From positions 1 through 57,056 of the forward strand of contig JBCCYI010000001.1 of NCBI GenBank assembly GCA_039189975.1: a stretch of 57,056 nt of DNA, read 5' to 3'. Under the pieces are notes generated by a model that did no database searches, had not been told where the DNA came from, and saw only the letters and a list, made by a program, of their open reading frames with translations. The DNA is from Pseudomonadota bacterium (GTDB taxonomy: Bacteria; Pseudomonadota; Alphaproteobacteria; Rhodobacterales; Rhodobacteraceae). Below are positions 48,201 through 57,056 of the stretch, piece by piece; positions within the stretch are counted from its first letter, which is position 1; every line of letters begins with the position of its first letter. Made by a program: the position numbers and the translations under genes.

Positions 48201-49681
48201 GCTTGTCCATCGAGCACCAGGGTGCGGTTCGCGAAAGTCGCGGTGCCGGAGACGCTGGCGCCGTAATCCGCGCCACCGATGGTCAGCTCCGTCAGGGTCA
48301 GTGGCGCTTCGGCCTGCCAAGTGACATCGGCTGCTCCGCCGATCTCCTGGCCCAGAGCCGAGGCGAGCGCAGTATCGTCCGGGGCAAGGCCCGACGCTGC
48401 ATACTCGAGTTCGGCGGTGACGGAGGTTTGTCCGTCAAGCGAAATGGCGCCCCCGCCGTCGATGGTCAGCGCATCGAGAGCCAAGCCCGGCGCGGCAACG
48501 TCTTGCGCCGTGAGATCCAGCGTCCAGGCATCGCCGGAGGCACGGTCGTAGCCCGCCGAAAGGTCCGCCCCCGCCAGTGTGACCTGCGCCGCAGCGGGCA
48601 GACGGACCACGCCCCCATCCGGGTCGGCCAGAGCGCCCGTCAGAGCGAAGCGCTCCGGCAGGCCGTCCGCGTCGATTGCAGCGGAGCCCTGCAACGACAG
48701 CGACCGGGCCGTGATGTCGAGTGCCTCAAGGGTCAGCGCGCCGTCCCCGCCCCGAAGACCGTCCAGACGCAGCGCAATGTCGGGGCCAAAAAAGTCGGCA
48801 TAGGCCGGGGCGATGACGGGTGTGATATCCCCGCCAACATCGGCTGCAAAGCGCAGGCCATCCCCGTCGACCCCGCGCAGCGTGACGGTCCCGGCGAGGC
48901 GCTGCACGCCCTGCGTCGAGAGGTCAATCACGGCGGAGTAATCGTTGAGCGGCCCGGTCCCGTCGATGTCGAGCGCCAGCGAAGGCGCGCCGGGGATCCC
49001 GATCAGCGTCGACGCAAGCCCCCCGGGGCCTTCGCGCACCGTCAGGTCGAGCGCCAATGTGCTGGCCGTACTGTCGAACGCCAGATCGAGACCGATGCGA
49101 TTCTCCGGCCCTTCGAGCCGGGCAAGGCTGAGGTCGATATCGGCGTCGCCGTCCTCCAGAATTGCTCCACCGCGGAGTCGAAAGAGCGCCTCCTCTCCGA
49201 GGATCGGCGCGCCCAGCTCCAGCGTGGCCAGCTCAATCGCGCCGATGTTGATCGCAACAGGAAACTCCGGCACGGAAAAGCCCGACGCTTCCGGCGACGG
49301 GGCCGCGGCGCCTGCCTCGGCAGGGGCGGGCAGGGGCGCGCGAGCCACCACAATCCGGTCAGCGGAGAGCTCGTTCACCGACAAGCGCCCGCGCAACAGC
49401 GCGGCGCGGTTCCAGTCGAGCACGGCGCCCTCCAGTTGAAACCAAACGCCGTCCGCATCCGCGAAGGTCAGCGAGTCCATCGTGGCCCGGCCAGACAACG
49501 CCCCCTGAAAGCCGCGCACGCGCGCCTCTCGGCCGGGGCCGGAAAGGGCAGACTCGATCTGGCGGCCGATGAAGCCGGGGTCGTCGTCCTCTTGGGCGCG
49601 CGCAGGCGGCAGCGCGAGAGTGCTCGCGACACTCAGCGCAAGCAGGCCGCCGAGCCTGAAACGGCGCTCCCCGCAGCCCAT
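45284..49681 (-). CDS. tamB: Translocation/assembly module TamB
   Basis: N-terminal anchor, DADGVW, C-terminal RIFVRGRGLDAELGG, PPLPEDEVLA, GIYFERDY. Confidence 0.92.
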   Translation of the reverse strand: MGCGERRFRLGGLLALSVASTLALPPARAQEDDDPGFIGRQIESALSGPGREARVRGFQGALSGRATMDSLTFADADGVWFQLEGAVLDWNRAALLRGRLSVNELSADRIVVARAPLPAPAEAGAAAPSPEASGFSVPEFPVAINIGAIELATLELGAPILGEEALFRLRGGAILEDGDADIDLSLARLEGPENRIGLDLAFDSTASTLALDLTVREGPGGLASTLIGIPGAPSLALDIDGTGPLNDYSAVIDLSTQGVQRLAGTVTLRGVDGDGLRFAADVGGDITPVIAPAYADFFGPDIALRLDGLRGGDGALTLEALDITARSLSLQGSAAIDADGLPERFALTGALADPDGGVVRLPAAAQVTLAGADLSAGYDRASGDAWTLDLTAQDVAAPGLALDALTIDGGGAISLDGQTSVTAELEYAASGLAPDDTALASALGQEIGGAADVTWQAEAPLTLTELTIGGADYGASVSGTATFANRTLVLDGQAQVDAQDLSRFSGVSGQELTGRATVALAGSGDVLGGTFDVTLDVDGTRLSIGQEVADRFLDGPVTIDARARRDLGGLSLDSFALDSTGLSASGAGTLGSGVSDLTFTTTLKDIALLDPRYAGALTVEGRAAEQTAGLFDVDVTLEGAYGLEGSVAGLVGTGDAQRQTAVTLDLALPDLAPFVPDVPGPVSLRGQAASAGAGLWEVDLEATAPEGVDLEIEGQVGGGASVVDVAARVPDVAAFVPGIPGAVALDGRAEEQGNGQWQLDLSAGLPYAASAAVQGEAGPQDIRLSYAARVPDVSAIAPGLEGALSAIGAVRQTDPGRFDVTANIDGPYASQVTAQAQLGGGVDGSGRIVASVDVAVPDLGPVAPALSGPLTATARAEQTDAGAFAVDLDARGPFGATVEAQGTVGAGDTNASASLRLPDIGVLLPKYAGALRADVTASQVAGAPIQLTVDAAAPYGITLGIDGQVGQGQGALDIAALVPSLTPFAPGLPGGISLDGSVAESADGWALDLRSAGPVTAATAITGVVASDGNAADVRIRGDAPFALINGLIAPTRLDGSLTFDLALNGPPGLDALSGTVSTSGSQFQIPSINLGLGDIAVQAALSDGRVSLEASARSSEGGTLTAEGPITLSGDFPADLTIVADDLILADPSLYQTVVNADVSVTGPVRGTGGTIGGRVNLGETELRIPSGGGFSGAIPLIRHVGEPGAVFATRERAGLINIAREARGGTRGSTILGLDLRIDAPQRIFVRGRGLDAELGGSFDIGGTTRTPAPVGEINVVRGRLDILGKRLDLSEDGRVTLGGDLVPFLELIATSDEADDFTILILIEGPVDQPEFSFSSSPPLPEDEVLARFFFDKGLANLSPLQAAQLANSIAQLTGRGGVGLLGGVREGLGVDDFNLVTDDEGDAALQIGQYLTDNIYTDVTTSTGGMTEVNINIDVTDTVTVKGSADNEGDTSLGIYFERDY

Positions 49682-51516
49682 CAGAAAGCCTGCCCGATGC
49701 CGATGTAGATCTGCACGGCATCCGCGTCGTCTGGCCCACCATCGACGGGTGTGGCGACATCGACCCGGATCGGGCCGAACCCCGTGTCATAGCGCACGCC
49801 GAGCCCGGCGCCGCTGATCCACTCTCCCGAACCGTCGTAGAACTCCTCTGCTCCGATGTAGCCTGCATCGACAAATCCGACGACGCCCAGCGGCCCGCGC
49901 ACATAGGCGCGCAACTCCGCCGAGAGCGCGACATACGAGCGTCCGCCAACGATGGTCCCGTCGATCTCGCCTGTGCCGAGCGACTGGTAGGGCTGTCCGC
50001 GAACAGACCCTCCGCCGCCTGCGAAAAAGAGAAAGTCGGGCGGCGCTTCGTCAATGTCCGGTCCAAAGAGCGAGCCCAGTTGCACGCGTCCGGCCGCGAC
50101 GATGTTACGATCCTCGCCGAAGCCAAGATAGGCGCGCGCGTCCGCTTCCAGCAGGGCACCGCTGTCGATGTCCACAAGGCCCGCAAAGGGCGTGACGTCG
50201 CCACGCACGAAGATACCGCGCGTTGGGTCGAGCTCGTTGTCGCGTGTGTCGTAGACGGCATAGGACGGGAAGGTCAGCATCTGAAACTCGCGTTCGCCGA
50301 ACGCGTCTTCTACCTGGCTGGCGCGATAGGCAATGGCCGTGGAAACTTCGAGCTTGTTGTTCACGAAGTACACAAAGCCGGTGCCCACGCCCACGGTCTC
50401 GGACAGATAACCCGGCTCATCCTCGCGCTTGATCTCGGCAAAGCTCAGCAGGTCAAAGTCGGTGAACGGTGTGGCCGGGCGCCGGAACGTCGCCGACAGC
50501 GTGTAGTCCACGCCGTTGTCATCCGGCGCGGAGATGTTCTCGATCTCCAGATCGAAGCGCAGGTTTTCCGCGCCTCCGAAGAGATTGCGATGCATCCAAT
50601 ATGCGGTGACGCCGATCCCCTCTGTCGAAGACACCTCGACCCCTGCACCCAGCCGGCGCCGCTTTTCTTCGCCGACCGCGGCTTCGATGGGCAGCGTGCC
50701 GTTTGGGCCGATGTCCTCGGCGTCGGTGAGGGTGATCGCGGAGAAAGCGCCGGTCCGCCGCAGGCGCTCGGCGGCGTCGTCGAGTTCCTCCGGGTCGTAA
50801 ACCTCTCCTTCCGGAAGGCCCGCAATGGCTATGATTCGCTCTGTTCGGACCCGGTTGTTGCCCGATACGACCAAGGGGCCAAAGCGCAGCTGCGGCCCCG
50901 GCTCGATCTGCAGATCGGAGGCCAGGCGGGCCGAACGGTGATCGGCGGTGATCGTCTCGTCAGCCAGTCGCGCTTTGGCGTGCCCCTTGCTGCGCCAGGA
51001 CGCGACGCCGGCACGGGCTGCGCCCTGGATCGGCCCGGAGCGCGCGATTTCTCCCGCGGCATATCCTTCGGGCAATTCGGTTTCGGGGGCGAGAGGGGTC
51101 ACGTCCGCCTGACTGAAGCGGAACTGTGGTCCAGGGTCCACGACGATCACGACCGTGCGCACGGCCGAGGGTGGTGCAACGAGCGAGAGGTCTGTTGCCT
51201 CCCGACCGTCCACGAGGACGGACACAGTCCCGCCGTAGTAGCCTTCCGAGTACAGGGCGCCGAGGATGGAGCGATACTCGGTCCGCGCAGTGGAGACGAC
51301 TTCTCCTGCGGGCGGGGGAGCGCCGTCTTCGGCGTTTTCGAGCAGCTCTCGCGTCAATGAGGCGCGCTCCAAGAGGCTTTGTAGATCGCCATCACCACCG
51401 GAGATACGGACCGAAACGCTCTCAAGGGCGCTGGCGGGTAGCGCCAGAACCCAAATGGCAAGCGCGTTCAGCGCCGGTCGTCTCCACCCACTCATGGGGG
51501 AAAGGTCTACATCCAA
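49681..51516 (-). CDS. tamA: Translocation/assembly module TamA (Omp85 family)
   Basis: POTRA-like repeats, HRNLFG, FFAGGGGSVRG, GPIRVDVA, terminal YIGIGQAF. Confidence 0.94.
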   Translation of the reverse strand: MDVDLSPMSGWRRPALNALAIWVLALPASALESVSVRISGGDGDLQSLLERASLTRELLENAEDGAPPPAGEVVSTARTEYRSILGALYSEGYYGGTVSVLVDGREATDLSLVAPPSAVRTVVIVVDPGPQFRFSQADVTPLAPETELPEGYAAGEIARSGPIQGAARAGVASWRSKGHAKARLADETITADHRSARLASDLQIEPGPQLRFGPLVVSGNNRVRTERIIAIAGLPEGEVYDPEELDDAAERLRRTGAFSAITLTDAEDIGPNGTLPIEAAVGEEKRRRLGAGVEVSSTEGIGVTAYWMHRNLFGGAENLRFDLEIENISAPDDNGVDYTLSATFRRPATPFTDFDLLSFAEIKREDEPGYLSETVGVGTGFVYFVNNKLEVSTAIAYRASQVEDAFGEREFQMLTFPSYAVYDTRDNELDPTRGIFVRGDVTPFAGLVDIDSGALLEADARAYLGFGEDRNIVAAGRVQLGSLFGPDIDEAPPDFLFFAGGGGSVRGQPYQSLGTGEIDGTIVGGRSYVALSAELRAYVRGPLGVVGFVDAGYIGAEEFYDGSGEWISGAGLGVRYDTGFGPIRVDVATPVDGGPDDADAVQIYIGIGQAF

Positions 51517-51637
51517 GTTCCTCGGGACGCTAGTGCGTCCTGCGCGCCTTGAAGCCCGCGCTGCAATAGGTCTTGTGGGGGGCGCGCGAATGCTCCACCA
51601 TACCTATGGACAAGAGCCGCGCAGGGTTGGGGTGCCG

Positions 51638-52273
51638 ATGCCGGGACACATCATTACCGTCGCGCAGCAGAAAGGCGGATCGGGGAAAACGACCCTTGCC
51701 GTGCATCTCGCGGTGCATTTTCTGCGCGCCGGGCGGTCCGTGGCCGTCCTGGACACGGATCCGCAGGGGTCCCTCGGACGGTGGTTCATGGCGCGGGTGG
51801 AGCGCACGGGCGGCGCACCACAGATGGAGTTCTCGACAGCTTCGGCCTGGGGCGTGGGTTATGAAGTGACAAAGCTCGCCAAGACCCATGACATGGTCTT
51901 CATCGACACTCCGCCAAAAGCGGACAGCGATCTGCGCCCCGCCTTGCGCGAAGCGGATCTGGTGCTGGTGCCGGTGGCAGCGTCGGCGCTGGATCTATGG
52001 GCCACGGAGAGCGTCCTTGATCTCGTCGAACGGACGCGCAAGCCGGCGCTGATGGTCCTGAACAGGACACGCCCCGGCACGCGGATCTTTGCGGAGACCG
52101 CGGCGGCAGTGCAGGAGCTGCCTGCACCGGTGGCCACCTCTACCCTAGGTAACCGTGTTATCTTTGCGGAGGCGATGGGAGACGGCTGGGGTGTGAGCGA
52201 ACGTGACCTGTCGAGCCCCGCAGCGCGCGAGATCGCCGCTCTTGCGTCGGAGGTCGAGGCTGCCCTTGCCTGA
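51638..52273 (+). CDS. Orphan ParA-family ATPase
   Basis: QQKGGSGKTT, DTDPQGS, IDTPP. No parB nearby. Confidence 0.9.
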   Translation: MPGHIITVAQQKGGSGKTTLAVHLAVHFLRAGRSVAVLDTDPQGSLGRWFMARVERTGGAPQMEFSTASAWGVGYEVTKLAKTHDMVFIDTPPKADSDLRPALREADLVLVPVAASALDLWATESVLDLVERTRKPALMVLNRTRPGTRIFAETAAAVQELPAPVATSTLGNRVIFAEAMGDGWGVSERDLSSPAAREIAALASEVEAALA

Positions 52274-52416
52274 CCGGGCAGGAGGCTCAGGCACCCCTCG
52301 ATCTGGCTGTCGGATGGTCGGGCTGAGAGCCAGCTATGAGAAGGGCCGCCCAAATCGGACGGCCCCAAAAGGTCGTGGCACAGGCGCGTTTTATTGGACG
52401 CGCTGTCCAGATGGCC

Positions 52417-52623
52417 TCACGCGAGTGCGAGGTTGACGGCGGATTCACGCCCGTCGCGACCGGACTCAAGGTCAAACGTGACCTTCTGATTGTCCGCGAG
52501 GCCGGTCAGGCCCGAGCGCTCCACGGCGCTGATGTGGACGAAGACGTCCTTGCCGCCAGATTCTGGCTGGATGAATCCGTAGCCTTTGGTGGTGTTAAAC
52601 CATTTCACGGTGCCGTTTGCCAT
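52417..52623 (-). CDS. cspA: Cold-shock protein (CspA family), second copy
   Basis: GTVKWFN, KGYGFI, DVFVHIS. Confidence 0.96.
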   Translation of the reverse strand: MANGTVKWFNTTKGYGFIQPESGGKDVFVHISAVERSGLTGLADNQKVTFDLESGRDGRESAVNLALA

Positions 52624-52799
52624 GCCCGTGTAACTCCTGTCGTTGTGCTGCCCGCATTGTGCGGCAGCCTGGCGCGTCTGTGCGTCTCGATCGAACTGGC
52701 GCGCGTGTGAGGCTGACAGAGGTCGATTGCGGTAACGGTCGCACCGGGGATATGGCGCGTGGCCCTACGGACATCAAGCCGGGGACGGCAGTAATTCGC

Positions 52800-52895
52800 C
52801 TAAAGCGCCGCCCAATCGGTAAACCGGACCGGGGGCGTTGGCTGTGGCTGCGGGTCTTTCGGTGCGGGCTGGGAGGGCGTGGGGGACGTCAACAT
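52800..52895 (-). CDS. 31-aa micro-protein ending FTDWAAL
   Basis: AGGAG RBS then ATG at 52895. MLTSPTPSQPAPKDPQPQPTPPVRFTDWAAL. Confidence 0.6.
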   Translation of the reverse strand: MLTSPTPSQPAPKDPQPQPTPPVRFTDWAAL

Positions 52896-53088
52896 GGCAA
52901 TGCTCCTGATTTCTGGCCAGTATGCCGTCGAACAAGAACGTCGTGCGGTCACTCTTGGGCACTTTTGCGTGCATCGGTCACAATTCGCCACGAATGATCC
53001 CAGACCCAAGCGCGGCAGTGCGCGCGCGTGCGCCCGATACCCCAAGGCTCAGCTCAGGCAGGCCGCGGGACCAACCGCGGCCGGTCCG

Positions 53089-53460
53089 TCACTTGGAGAC
53101 GAGCGCCTTGCCCGCCTTCTCGGGTGGGGGCTTCTTGCCGCCACCGGCCTGGATCACATGGGCGAGTTCGTGCGCCAGGAACTCTTTGTCATTCGCATAC
53201 TTTGCGTCTGACAGGTACACATCGTTGCCAAAGGTGAAGGCCTTTGCGCCGATGCTCTTTGCAACATCCTTTGCGTTGCCGCCGGTATGCAGGCGAACTT
53301 TCGACAGGTTGGCGCCGAAGTGTTCTTCCATGGCCGCCTTGAGATCCTTCGGAAGGCCTTGGGACTTCGTGCCGGCAACCTCTTCCTTGACAGGTTTTGC
53401 CTTCGCCTTTTTCCCCTTTGCTTTTTCCAGAACTTTCTTGATCTTCTCGTCGTCCGGCAT
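53089..53460 (-). CDS. Stand-alone DUF4157 (eCIS core domain) protein
   Basis: LP.DLKAAMEEHFGANLSKVRLHT...IGAKAFTFGNDVY...FLAHELAHVIQ. GAGGA RBS. Confidence 0.88.
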   Translation of the reverse strand: MPDDEKIKKVLEKAKGKKAKAKPVKEEVAGTKSQGLPKDLKAAMEEHFGANLSKVRLHTGGNAKDVAKSIGAKAFTFGNDVYLSDAKYANDKEFLAHELAHVIQAGGGKKPPPEKAGKALVSK

Positions 53461-53581
53461 GGCCGTTCCTCATGCTGCATCGCATGATATCGTACCACGC
53501 TTTGCGCGAGATCACCGACTTTTTGGAGGAGGGTGTTCAGCTCGCGTGTGAGATATCCCACACGCCGTGCTGGGCTTGATG

Positions 53582-54499
53582 TCAGAAGTCGAGGACGAAG
53601 GCGCGCCGCACGCCGATCGACACGGTGCCCTGGTCGACGGTGCCCTGTTCCACAATCGGGCTATCCGCAGCGTCCGCTTGTAGCTGGTCCCAGCGGGCGC
53701 GACCCTCCAGCCACCATTGCTCCCCGAGGCGGTAGGTGGCGATCACCTCAACACCCGCGCTGACGAGGCCGCCGTCCGGATCGTATTCGGAAAAGTCGCT
53801 GGCGGCAGCTTCATCTGCAGACACGCCGAAATACGTGTCGGCGTAGTTGTCCGAGCCAAAGAGGAGCCGCGGCCCGACGCGGAGTGCAAAATCATCCGCC
53901 GGGCGGGCCACATAATTGGCCCCGATCTCTCCGACCCAGCTTTCGTGCCCGATGGCACCATAGCGCAGCGCGCCGAACGCCTCCGCGCTTGGCCAGACAT
54001 AGCCGACCTGAGCGCCAATCTCGACGGAGAGATCGACATCGTCCAGCCCTTCAAGCTCATCGAAGTCATCCGAGGAGCGCTCCGTTACGAACCGGAAAGA
54101 ACCAGCCACGCCAAACCCAAGAGGACGCGCATTTGGATCCGCAGCATCGGCGCTGGACTGGTTTCCAACGTCGACTTGCCCGAAATTCAGCGCCACGAGG
54201 TTGGGCGAGATGCGTCCGACCGTGATGTTCTCGTCCGAGCCGAAGTAGCCGGGGCGCGACTCGGCCCCAAGCAGGACGGTGAAAATCAGGCGCCGATCCT
54301 TCTCGGAGGTTTGGGTTGATAACGTCGCGTTGGGGGACGTGCCTGCATCCGGCACCAGGCCAAACTCCAGGGCAGGCGGCGATGCCGCGACACTGCTGCC
54401 CTCGGCATGCACTTGAAGTGCCGTCCCCGTGCTGGCCGAAAGCGCGCACAGCGTCGCGACCAAAGCACGTCCAGTGCGCGGGGTGGAGCAAGCAAACAT
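53582..54499 (-). CDS. MipA/OmpV family outer-membrane protein
   Basis: PGYFGSD, ELEGLDDVD, YADTYFGVS, AADSPIV, terminal Phe. Confidence 0.88.
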   Translation of the reverse strand: MFACSTPRTGRALVATLCALSASTGTALQVHAEGSSVAASPPALEFGLVPDAGTSPNATLSTQTSEKDRRLIFTVLLGAESRPGYFGSDENITVGRISPNLVALNFGQVDVGNQSSADAADPNARPLGFGVAGSFRFVTERSSDDFDELEGLDDVDLSVEIGAQVGYVWPSAEAFGALRYGAIGHESWVGEIGANYVARPADDFALRVGPRLLFGSDNYADTYFGVSADEAAASDFSEYDPDGGLVSAGVEVIATYRLGEQWWLEGRARWDQLQADAADSPIVEQGTVDQGTVSIGVRRAFVLDF

Positions 54500-54783
54500 C
54501 GAATCGTCCTGGCAGCAGACCGGTGGAGCAGCGTTCGCGATATAAGGAAGGGCAGGTTGGGCAGAAAACAAGATGAGTCCGAGCCGTTGAGAGCGCTTTT
54601 GCGCGATTATCGCATGTCGTTGCATCGCTGCATCTTCACAATTGCTCATATCCCCGCGCAAGTTTGGGAAGTGGGGGATTTTACGCGGTTTTTCGGGGGC
54701 CGCGTGTTTGGATGTGGCGCGTGGCACGATTCGATCCCACGCGTTCTATTGGCATCATCGCTCGCGGTGCCTAGAGAGAGACT

Positions 54784-55236
54784 ATGTTCCAGGATGTGCT
54801 GAACGCACTTTTCGGGCGCTATGAAACGCCCCTTGCGGAGCTCGACGCCCGTCATGCCCTTGCCGGGGTGCTTGTGCGTCTTGCCAAGGCGGATGCCCAC
54901 TATCATGTGGCCGAAATCGGAACGATCGACCGTATCCTGCAGGCCACCTATGGCCTCGATCCGGTTGCCGCCGCGAAGTTGCGCGCTGAAGCCGAGAAGC
55001 TGGAGGCCGCAGCCCCCCAGGACGGCCGGTTTGCCGAGGCCGTGCGTGCGCGCACAGGCACCGAAGAACGCCGTGCCGTTCTTGCGGCGATGTGGCAGGT
55101 CCTGTTGGCCGATGGCGAGGAGCCGGGAACGCAACATGCTTACCTTTCCATGACCGCCGAGCGCTTCGGACTGTCACGAGAAGATCGGGACAGGGCCGAG
55201 GCGCAGGCCCGTGGCAAGGATGCGGGCGGCGCATAG
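54784..55236 (+). CDS. TerB family protein
   Basis: ALAGVLVRLAKAD..Y...E, MWQVLLADG. Confidence 0.82.
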   Translation: MFQDVLNALFGRYETPLAELDARHALAGVLVRLAKADAHYHVAEIGTIDRILQATYGLDPVAAAKLRAEAEKLEAAAPQDGRFAEAVRARTGTEERRAVLAAMWQVLLADGEEPGTQHAYLSMTAERFGLSREDRDRAEAQARGKDAGGA

Positions 55237-55423
55237 GCAGCCGCGTCAGACGCGGGCGTGTTCTGGCGAAGCAGGGGATCCCTCCTCGGAGGGCGGGCGA
55301 TAGATGACGCGAGCCGCCGCCATCCTCGGACGGGATCACTTCCAGCAAAACCTCAGGCGCCAGACGTCGCGCGCCGCTACTTTGCGCGTCGGCGCACGCG
55401 TAGGAGCATCTTGGACTACGGTC

Positions 55424-55813
55424 TCACGTATTAAGTGGTGGGCAAGCGACGGCGCTCGCCTGTGCGTTGCGTGCGGCCACATCCCGCTTGGAACGCAATT
55501 GCGCAAGAGTGCGCTTTTCCGCAGCCGGATCGATCGCACGTTCGACGTCCCGGTACCGCGTTTCGACCGTGTTGCAATAGCGCAGGCCAACATTGACGCC
55601 GCTGTTGTAGATGCCCCGACCGAGACAGAAATCCAGGCCGTTGGTGACATAAGGCTCGCGGTCGATCCGGTAGCCGCGGGAGAGGTTCCCTTCGGTTTCC
55701 AGAATGAGACGGTCCAGCGTGGCCACCTCAGAAAAGGATGCGCGCAAGCAGGCCTCGCGCGGTGTGGCGCAGGCAGCAAGCATCAGAGCAATGAGAATCA
55801 TGAAAGAACGCAT
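55424..55813 (-). CDS. Conserved hypothetical lipoprotein
   Basis: Lipobox LAAC, then ATPREAC...LILETEGNLSRGY...C...C...AIDPAAE. Confidence 0.75.
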   Translation of the reverse strand: MRSFMILIALMLAACATPREACLRASFSEVATLDRLILETEGNLSRGYRIDREPYVTNGLDFCLGRGIYNSGVNVGLRYCNTVETRYRDVERAIDPAAEKRTLAQLRSKRDVAARNAQASAVACPPLNT

Positions 55814-55933
55814 GCTCCACATATACGCCATCATGGTTAACGTGGCATTGTGGCGCGACCGCGCGTCGCAGGCGACCGTGTGGGTGGGGTGATACCGGTA
55901 TGCCATACCGTTGAACCACCGAGGAAGACCCCC

Positions 55934-56824
55934 ATGACCGAACAATTCGACGATCGAAAGGCCCGCGCGTCCGGCTGGTTCCGAGCTTTGCGCGACCGTA
56001 TCGTTGCGGCGTTTGAGGCGCTGGAGGACACCCAGGTCACAGGGCCCTATGCAGATCTGCCTGCGGGTCGGTTCGATGTCAGCGAAACACGGCGCGTCGG
56101 AGAGGGCGGCGCCGACGCCGGGGGGGGGCTGATGAGCGTGATGCGCGGTGGGCGCGTCTTCGAAAAGGTCGGCGTGAACGTCTCGACGGTCTATGGCACG
56201 CTCGGCGACCGCGCGCAAAAGGCCATGGCCGCGCGTGGCGTACCCGGGATGGCGGAGGATCCGCGCTTCTGGGCGTCGGGGATCTCGCTTGTTGCCCACA
56301 TGCAAAACCCACACACACCGGCGGTCCACATGAACACGCGCATGTTCTGGACACCCGGCGCGTGGTGGTTCGGCGGTGGGTCGGACCTCAACCCCTGCCT
56401 GGAGTACGACGAGGATACGCAGAGCTTCCATGCTGTCCTCAAGACGGCATGCGATGCGCACTCACCCGAGTATTATGCGCGGTTCAAGACGTGGGCGGAC
56501 GAATACTTCTACGTCCCACACCGCAACCGGGCGCGGGGTGTCGGCGGCATCTTTTACGACGATTTGAACACGGGCGATTGGGAGGCGGATTTTGCGTTTA
56601 CGCAGGCTGTCGGAGAGGCGTTCCTGCCGGCCTACCTTCCCACCGTTGAGCGTAACCGGGCGCGCGCCTGGACGGACGCGGACCGGGAGGCACAGCTTGT
56701 CCACCGCGGCCTCTATGCCGAGTACAATCTCGTTTATGACCGGGGCACGAAGTTCGGGCTGGAGACGGGGCACGATGCGAATGCCGTGCTGATGTCCCTG
56801 CCGCCGATTGCAAAGTGGACCTAG
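55934..56824 (+). CDS. hemF: Oxygen-dependent coproporphyrinogen III oxidase
   Basis: FEKVGVN, HMNTR, WWFGGGSDL, RGVGGIFYD, YNLVYDRGTKFGL, LMSLPP. Confidence 0.97.
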   Translation: MTEQFDDRKARASGWFRALRDRIVAAFEALEDTQVTGPYADLPAGRFDVSETRRVGEGGADAGGGLMSVMRGGRVFEKVGVNVSTVYGTLGDRAQKAMAARGVPGMAEDPRFWASGISLVAHMQNPHTPAVHMNTRMFWTPGAWWFGGGSDLNPCLEYDEDTQSFHAVLKTACDAHSPEYYARFKTWADEYFYVPHRNRARGVGGIFYDDLNTGDWEADFAFTQAVGEAFLPAYLPTVERNRARAWTDADREAQLVHRGLYAEYNLVYDRGTKFGLETGHDANAVLMSLPPIAKWT

Positions 56825-56902
56825 CGGATCTTGGCTCGACCGGGGTAGGAGCCCGTAAGTCCCCGTGGCTTGCGTGCATCCCTGACGTGCGAGGCTCTCG
56901 TC

Positions 56903-57056
56903 ATGCCGAAAAATTTGGCTGTGTCCAGCCCCGACCCCCTTGGATCGCCTGTCGAGATCGAGTTGCCGCGCCCACGACCTGCGCGGACGGCCTTGACCGG
57001 GCGCTATGTGCGGCTCACTCCTGCGGACATCTCCGCGCATGCGGCGGGGCTCTTTG
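56903..57056 (+). CDS. N-terminus of a RimJ/RimL-like GNAT acetyltransferase (truncated by the window end)
   Basis: Manual translation: MPKNLAVSSPDPLGSPVEIELPRPRPARTALTGRYVRLTPADISAHAAGLF... Confidence 0.6.
   Translation, partial: MPKNLAVSSPDPLGSPVEIELPRPRPARTALTGRYVRLTPADISAHAAGLF

Noticed and set aside
48185-51360. 507-aa and 426-aa plus-strand ORFs
   Set aside because: Antisense shadows of tamB and tamA.
51638-52273. ParA as evidence for a plasmid origin
   Set aside because: No parB, rep gene or iterons; surrounded by chromosomal housekeeping genes.
56120-56128. G9 tract in hemF as a phase-variation site
   Set aside because: It encodes the conserved Gly-Gly-Gly of HemF. It also shows such tracts arise by chance here, which tempers the G8 at 7989.
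1-57056. CRISPR array, tRNA/rRNA genes, integrase or intact prophage
   Set aside because: By eye I found no regularly spaced repeats, no cloverleaf or rRNA signatures and no recombinase or virion core genes. A tRNAscan/Infernal run would be needed to exclude small RNAs fully.

Overview
High-GC chromosomal segment that looks like Rhodobacteraceae (Roseobacter-like alphaproteobacterium), judged from gene content, synteny (ftsY-yciB-GST-metZ, thrS, tamAB, hemF) and motifs. Most of it is ordinary core or accessory genome: SAM-II riboswitch plus metZ, a Fur/Mur-boxed Mn/Fe ABC transporter, a TctCBA transporter with a CoA-transferase, an RND efflux pair with TetR, two cold-shock genes and TamAB. 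Three areas stand out. (1) The first ~8.6 kb. It opens with a 234-bp near-perfect inverted repeat that duplicates the 3' end of a large phage-tail-like protein (Mtd_N-like, SGNH, LamG-like and C-terminal fibre-like modules). That gene is preceded by a small D-x-x-D-x-G-T repeat ORF and is divergent from a surface-modification cassette: O-antigen-ligase-like protein, EpsD-like chaperone with extra TM helices, exosortase E/CAAX protease and its VPEID-CTERM substrate behind a perfect CtrA-type box. (2) A complete bufferin-type RiPP operon (DUF2282-DUF692-DUF2063-DoxX) with no adjacent sigma/anti-sigma pair. (3) Several small, easily missed ORFs: a stand-alone DUF4157, an FTDWAAL micro-protein and a paralogous WExSN pair. 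All family assignments come from motif recognition by eye; no searches were run.
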